This document shows, one piece after another, positions 59,015 to 64,000 of a stretch of 64,000 nucleotides of DNA (within the stretch, counting starts at the first letter, position 1; each line of letters opens with the position of its first letter). The stretch covers positions 62,000,001 to 62,064,000 of the forward strand of contig NC_042997.1 in NCBI RefSeq assembly GCF_006345805.1, written 5' to 3'. The DNA comes from Octopus sinensis. Lineage: Eukaryota. The position numbers and the translations under genes were made by a program. The notes under the pieces are model-generated. The model saw only the letters and a program-made list of their open reading frames with translations, did no database searches and was not told where the DNA came from.

Positions 59015-59345
59015 CTGGACAGACAGATTTCATTAGCTGGAGGGTAGTGGGAGGGAACTACCCTTCTAGGAGAAGGAAAAATCCTAGTTCCAAGCCTCCA
59101 CTGCCTTGCAGCCATACCTGACCACAGAAAAGGCTTCAAGAGTAAACCTTGGGGGAAAAATCAGGTGTTGGCGCCCCCGAGGCAATTTGATATTGTCTAC
59201 AACCTTATTCTGGGAAGTTGTGTGATGACAGTGGTGCCATATTGCAATGGCTATGCTGTTCTTTTGGATCCATCAGCAACGTAGAGAGTGGGGACTTGTT
59301 GCATGGACAACAGCTTGTCTTTTGTACCATAATACTTCCCAGGCA
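59015..59345 (+). mobile_element. RTE LINE 5'UTR fragment
   Basis: tctaggagaaggaaaa, aaaaggcttc..gagtaaacc and ttggatccatcagc...gcatggacaacagcttg motifs recalled from RTE UTRs. Confidence 0.6.
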
Positions 59346-59464
59346 CATCAAAAATCTATCAAATCATTCAGAGAAGAAATTAGATTTTCAGCATTGTGTG
59401 TGTGTATGTTAATAACAATAGTAATTTTGTTCAAAGATTTAATTATATATTTGTTTATTTACAG

Positions 59465-59517
59465 AAATGAGAAAAGAGTTCTAAATGACATCAAATTTGA
59501 TTTTACGCCAGGACAAG
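59465..59517 (+). CDS. OXSR1: OSR1/SPAK-family kinase CCT exon (NEKRVLNDIKFDFTPGQ-D)
   Basis: Acceptor ttgtttatttacag, donor AAG/GTAATT, 53 nt, phase 2-1. Matches OSR1 NSKKELNDIRFEFTPGRD. Confidence 0.95.
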
Positions 59518-60315
59518 GTAATTTCCAATGACTAAATTCTTTTCTCAGAAAATAACAGGTCTTCCGAATGTGCTTAGTCTGTCCTTTATCTAAATCTTGA
59601 AAATATTATCATATTCTCAAGGGACCATTATCTACTTCATTATCCGGCTTATAATAAATGTTAGTTAAAACTTAACAGCAGTAGACATGAGTGAGATAGT
59701 GGAGAAAACGCATTAAAGAGATTACTAGACTTAATTTCAAGAAATCATTATTAATCTGTAACAGTGGTACAATGTCAGGTATTGTCATTTAAATTGACGC
59801 TGCTACTTGACTGGTGATACATCTTATTGATTTATTGATGCTACTACTTGACTGGTGATATAGTTTATTGACTCCAAAAGTATGAATGGCACAGTTGACC
59901 TCAACAGGACTTGGACTCAATATTAGTGACAAGTAGAAAACATAGCAGGGTAAGAAAGTCTTACTGAGTTTAGATTCATGCCTCACTACTCTGACTTCAA
60001 ATGTTAGTATGTGTTTGTGTGTATCCTTGTCTTGACATCATGTGAGGAGGTGTTGAGGCATACTTGCTTAGCTGTCTGAGCTGGGTCAGAGGAGAAACAT
60101 ATTTGCTATGTGATAATCAGCCACATAGAACTGCTGCCGTTCTAAATCAATGTTCCCTCTAATCTACATAGCCGAGCAGCTGCACACTCATTGAATTGAT
60201 GTGGCATGCATCAAAATGCTTCTAGTCACTTTATTTTACAAACATTTGCTTGATGAGCTGCATGAAAGTGCTGCATAGTATATTTGGACTTAAAGTATTT
60301 TTTTGCTCAAAATAT

Positions 60316-60534
60316 TTAATGGTTTAACATTTAAACCAGCCATATCTGGCCAAAATATTATGTTTATATTCAAATTGGCTGCACCTGGCCCCTCACACCA
60401 ATCCTACAATATCAGTAAAAATTAACATTTACCTCATCATCTCAAAGTTACAAGACAATGCTTGATTAATTCAAAACAAATGTGAATAAATAAGCATTAC
60501 TTTTGACAGAATAATCTGAATGCTAAAGGGTTAA
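60316..60534 (-). mobile_element. piggyBac-like MITE, copy 6 (inverted)
   Basis: Ends ctgaatgctaaagggttaa. Confidence 0.85.
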
Positions 60535-60821
60535 GTTCTGTTCAGTCATTGGGAAAATTTACCTGGAACATTGACTAAAAGATATTGGGAGTGTGGCAGG
60601 GGTTGAAGGTGTTTGTTAAAGAATGATGAGATTTTCCAGTGGGTGCATACCTGTGGCTGTTAGGCACCTAGTACACACTGTGGAGTGGTTTGTATTAGGA
60701 AGGGCATCCAGCTGTAGAGACAAACTGGAGTCAGATGCAGCTCTCTGACTTACTAGTTTCAAGTCAAACTATCCATCCCATGCCAGCATGGAAAATGTAC
60801 ACCAAAAAAATAATGGTGCAT

Positions 60822-61190
60822 AGGCACAGGTTTGGCTGTGTGGTTAAGCAGCTTGATTTGCAACCATGTGTTTTCAGGCACAGTCCCACTGTGCATCTTC
60901 TTGGGCAAGTGTCTTCTACTGTAGCATTGGGCTGGTCATTGCCTTGTGAATTAATTTGATTGGCAGAAACTATGTGGAAACCCATTGTGTGTTTGTGTTC
61001 CCCCTATGCTTGACAACCAGTGTTGGTTTATGTCCCCATAACTTAATGATTCTGCAAAGAGCCTGATAGAATAAGTATCACACAAAATAAGTACCAGGGA
61101 CAATTTGTTTGACTAAAAACCCTTCAAGGTGGTGCCTCAGCATAGCCTTAGTCCAATGACAGAAACAAGTAAAAGGTAAAAGAAGTAAAA
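60822..61190 (+). mobile_element. tRNA-derived SINE family D
   Basis: Colinear with 50878-51290. Confidence 0.75.
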
Positions 61191-61724
61191 GGTATTGAAT
61201 TTAGTTTGTAGTTAAAGCTGTTCAAGCTGATTATTAAATAAATGCATTGAATAAGTTGGAACAGCTGCCTTTGCATTCAGTAATTCCAATTATTCTGTAT
61301 TTTAAATAGAAAATTGAAAAGATAGTGTGTTGAAATTTTGTCTGAAACAGCTTTCATACATTGAATAATAGAAACTGGATAAATATAGTGGAGAGTGTCT
61401 TTTGTTTATTTTTTATATGTTTTATAACTGATAGGTTGTGACTGTTGGCATTTTTTATATCTTTCATATGCTTGTATGTTGTTGTTGTCTCCTTGCCTTG
61501 ACTTCACATGATAGTTGTAAATAAGTGTCACCATCATTGTCCTTCATTTCCAGTATTCGGTGAAAGCATGTCTGGCCATGAGGAAATACTACGTTGCTTG
61601 GAATAGAAAGGACATCCAGTAATAGAAAATCCTCCTCAACAAATTCCATCTGAAAGTGGATGTTGATGTGATTCTTCCTATTCTTCCTAAAATTAACAGA
61701 AGATTTGGAATGTGGATGCTTGTG

Positions 61725-61989
61725 TACATAAAAGTACCCATGCTGATGCCATGTAAAAGCACCCATGCAGGTGCTATGTAACAATGCCTGTGCCGGTCCC
61801 ACATAACAACACCCATGCTAATCCCACATAAAAGCACCCGGTGCACTCTGTAAAGTGGTTGGTGTTAGGAAGGACATCCAGCCATAGAAACCATGCTAAA
61901 ACAGACAAATGAAGCTTGGGCAGCTCCCCAGTTTCAGTCAAAACATCCAACGCATGTCAGTATGGAGAACAGATGTTAAATGATTATGA
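61725..61989 (+). mobile_element. SINE family A
   Basis: Tandem aaaagcacccatgc units followed by the core. Confidence 0.75.
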
Positions 61990-62174
61990 ATGTGACACAA
62001 ATGAAGTCTAAGACTGAATTTTGGTTATGTGATCGACTACTATCAGATCCAACTAATTGTTTTGAATAGATATACATAATTGGGTTTATTTACAATAGAT
62101 ATGTATATGATGATGATGATGATGTATGGGTGTGTTTTTTTCTGGTTTCTAAAATCAAAACTTTGTTTTTTTAG

Positions 62175-62243
62175 ATACATCAGATAGTGTCTCCAGAGAA
62201 CTAGTTGAAGCTGGTCTTGTTGATGGTCGTGATTTAATTGTTG
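62175..62243 (+). CDS. OXSR1: OSR1/SPAK-family kinase CCT exon (DTSDSVSRELVEAGLVDGRDLIV-)
   Basis: Acceptor ctttgtttttttag, donor TTG/GTAAGC, 69 nt, phase 1-1. Matches OSR1 DTAEGVSQELISAGLVDGRDLVIV. Confidence 0.95.
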
Positions 62244-62979
62244 GTAAGCAAATTTTTTTATTTCTTTCCCTCCACTCCATTCAGTTATTCCTGAGAGGGT
62301 TGTGAGGGTAGAATTCTTGGGCATCTCCTGTATAGGGTTTTGTCAGAAGCAACCAACATCAGATTTTCCAACTGGATCCCCAAGTGTGATCAACTGGGAC
62401 TATGGATAATATCTAACCATTTCATTCTTGATCTGCTCTTGGGTTTCCTGCCTGTTTACCTGACTTGAATAATCTCCTTTGCAATACTTTTCTGTGACAT
62501 TTTAACCATGTCTGTAGTACCAGAACTGTGACCTCTCAATGTGGAGAAGTAATAGTTCAACCTGGAGAGACTCTGTCGAGTAACATTGCTCCAGAAATCC
62601 CATGTTTTGGTTGCTTGTTTTATGTTTTCTAAATTTTGCAATCTTAAATTCTGATTGCAATTAGAAAATACTTTATCATCATTGTTTTCATGTTTCCTTT
62701 TCTGTGCTGACATAGATTGGACTTTATGTCCTGATTCCATTTTTGAAACCAACCCCCTTTTAATTGCCTCTTACAACATGCTATGATACAGTGTGGCTGT
62801 TCTAAAGAGCAGGATACACACAATTATGAAATACATATAACGTACTGAAGAACAACTTTGGAAAACTGAACCTTTCAGGTGAGATGACAAAGGACTGAGA
62901 CACCTGGCACCTAGTTGCACTCAGAAAGACCCATACCCCACAGCAGAAGTGTTAAGACCAATCCTGCTTGTGGTGTAAA

Positions 62980-63329
62980 GCATTTGTGGTGGTGCTGTGT
63001 AAAAAAACACTTGTGTGATGTCATGTAAAAGTGCCCATGCAATGCCATGTAAAAGTGCCCATGCAGTGCCATGTAAAAGTGCCCATGCAGTGCCATGTAA
63101 AAGTGCCCATGCAGTGCCGTGTAAAAGTGTCTGTGTGGTGTCATGTAAAAGCGCCTGTGTGGTTCCACATAAAAGCACCCAGCAAATTCTGTAAAGTGGT
63201 TGGTGTTAGGAAGACATCCAACTGTAGAACCCATACCAAATCAGACTGGAGTCTGGTGTAGCTTGTCACCTCTGGTCAAACTGTCCAACCCATGCCAGGA
63301 TGGACAATGGACATTAAATGATGATGATG
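62980..63329 (+). mobile_element. SINE family A with expanded 24-bp internal VNTR
   Basis: About 7 units of catgtaaaagtgcccatgcagtgc (63022-63180), then the core and (ATG)n tail. Confidence 0.85.
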
Positions 63330-64000
63330 TTTTAATTGTTTTATAGTTTAGTATGAGGAAGATGGGCAGCACTTATGAGTTTTACAAGGGCCAAAGTCAG
63401 ACTTTTCTAAAAGTGCATAAGAGCCAAATGGAGTTTGCCTGGAATTCCATTAGAATATATAATATATGTGAAAATTACAAAAATAAGACTGAAATAGTTC
63501 ATCTGGGTTAAATGTAATTTATTTAAACAGGAACATTCAATGTTTTCAGGTGTTTATCTTTTATTAAATTAAAAAAAAAAAATTGGGTTGGCATGCTCTT
63601 TACATTCAGCATTTTTGTTTCTAAACCACTATAATCTTATTCTTGTTTATTTATAGTATTCATTGTTGATAGTTTGTTAAAATACAAATTGAATTCATTA
63701 ATTATGCTAATTCTATTATTGATTTCAACATCAATAATTGCATTAAATGGGACATATGTGTAAACAAATCAGAAGAAAGAAAGGAAAATATATTTAATGC
63801 ACTTTTTCACATTATTTTACTTTAAGCCAGTATGGGTAGATTATATTTTTTTCATTGTTACTAATTTAAATATTTGTATAAAAATATTTGTCTAAGTCTT
63901 GTAGGAACAAGTACATTTAACTACATCTGATTGATCTTTATGTTAGCTTTTCAACTGTTTAGCAGGAGTGAAGGTAACTAGAGTAATGCCACTTAATCTC

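Noticed and set aside
60245-60280. Hammerhead-like tgatga...gaaa
   Set aside because: Core C missing and no stems; it follows a hAT-like terminus (caatgttccctctaa at ~60148).
63022-63180. 24-bp repeats as a CRISPR array or repeat protein (MQCHVKVP)n
   Set aside because: No spacers and no cas genes; it is the internal VNTR of a SINE in eukaryotic DNA.
62244-64000. Remaining CCT exons (AANLQK..., GFAQLSI)
   Set aside because: Searched by eye and not found; presumed to lie beyond the window end.

Overview
AT-rich eukaryotic DNA, most likely an octopus or other cephalopod (inferred from the SINE/MITE families and very long (TA)n/(TATG)n fields). It is the intron-dominated 3' half of a plus-strand Ste20-family kinase gene of the OSR1/SPAK (OXSR1/STK39/fray) type. 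Five exons were read by hand with compatible splice phases: 3729-3755 (SPRVLNNVE microexon), 43152-43865 (238-aa S/T/P/A-rich linker), 57878-57918, 59465-59517 and 62175-62243. The last three spell the start of the CCT/PF2 docking domain. The kinase-domain exons lie upstream of the window, and I did not find the final exons inside it. Several further candidate exons could give CCT-less isoforms, one with a hydrophobic tail anchor. The introns hold RTE and CR1/L2-group LINEs, Tc1, mariner, Merlin and Helitron relics, piggyBac- and hAT-like MITEs and several SINE families. The most unusual part is 21-42 kb. It contains a Tc1 with an internal fold-back duplication and a ~2.1-kb Penelope-like element with ~800-bp inverted arms, each carrying a hammerhead-ribozyme core. 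It also holds further palindromic elements and an ~11.4-kb inverted-repeat-bounded nest of insertions. All calls are by eye; no database search or RNA folding was run.
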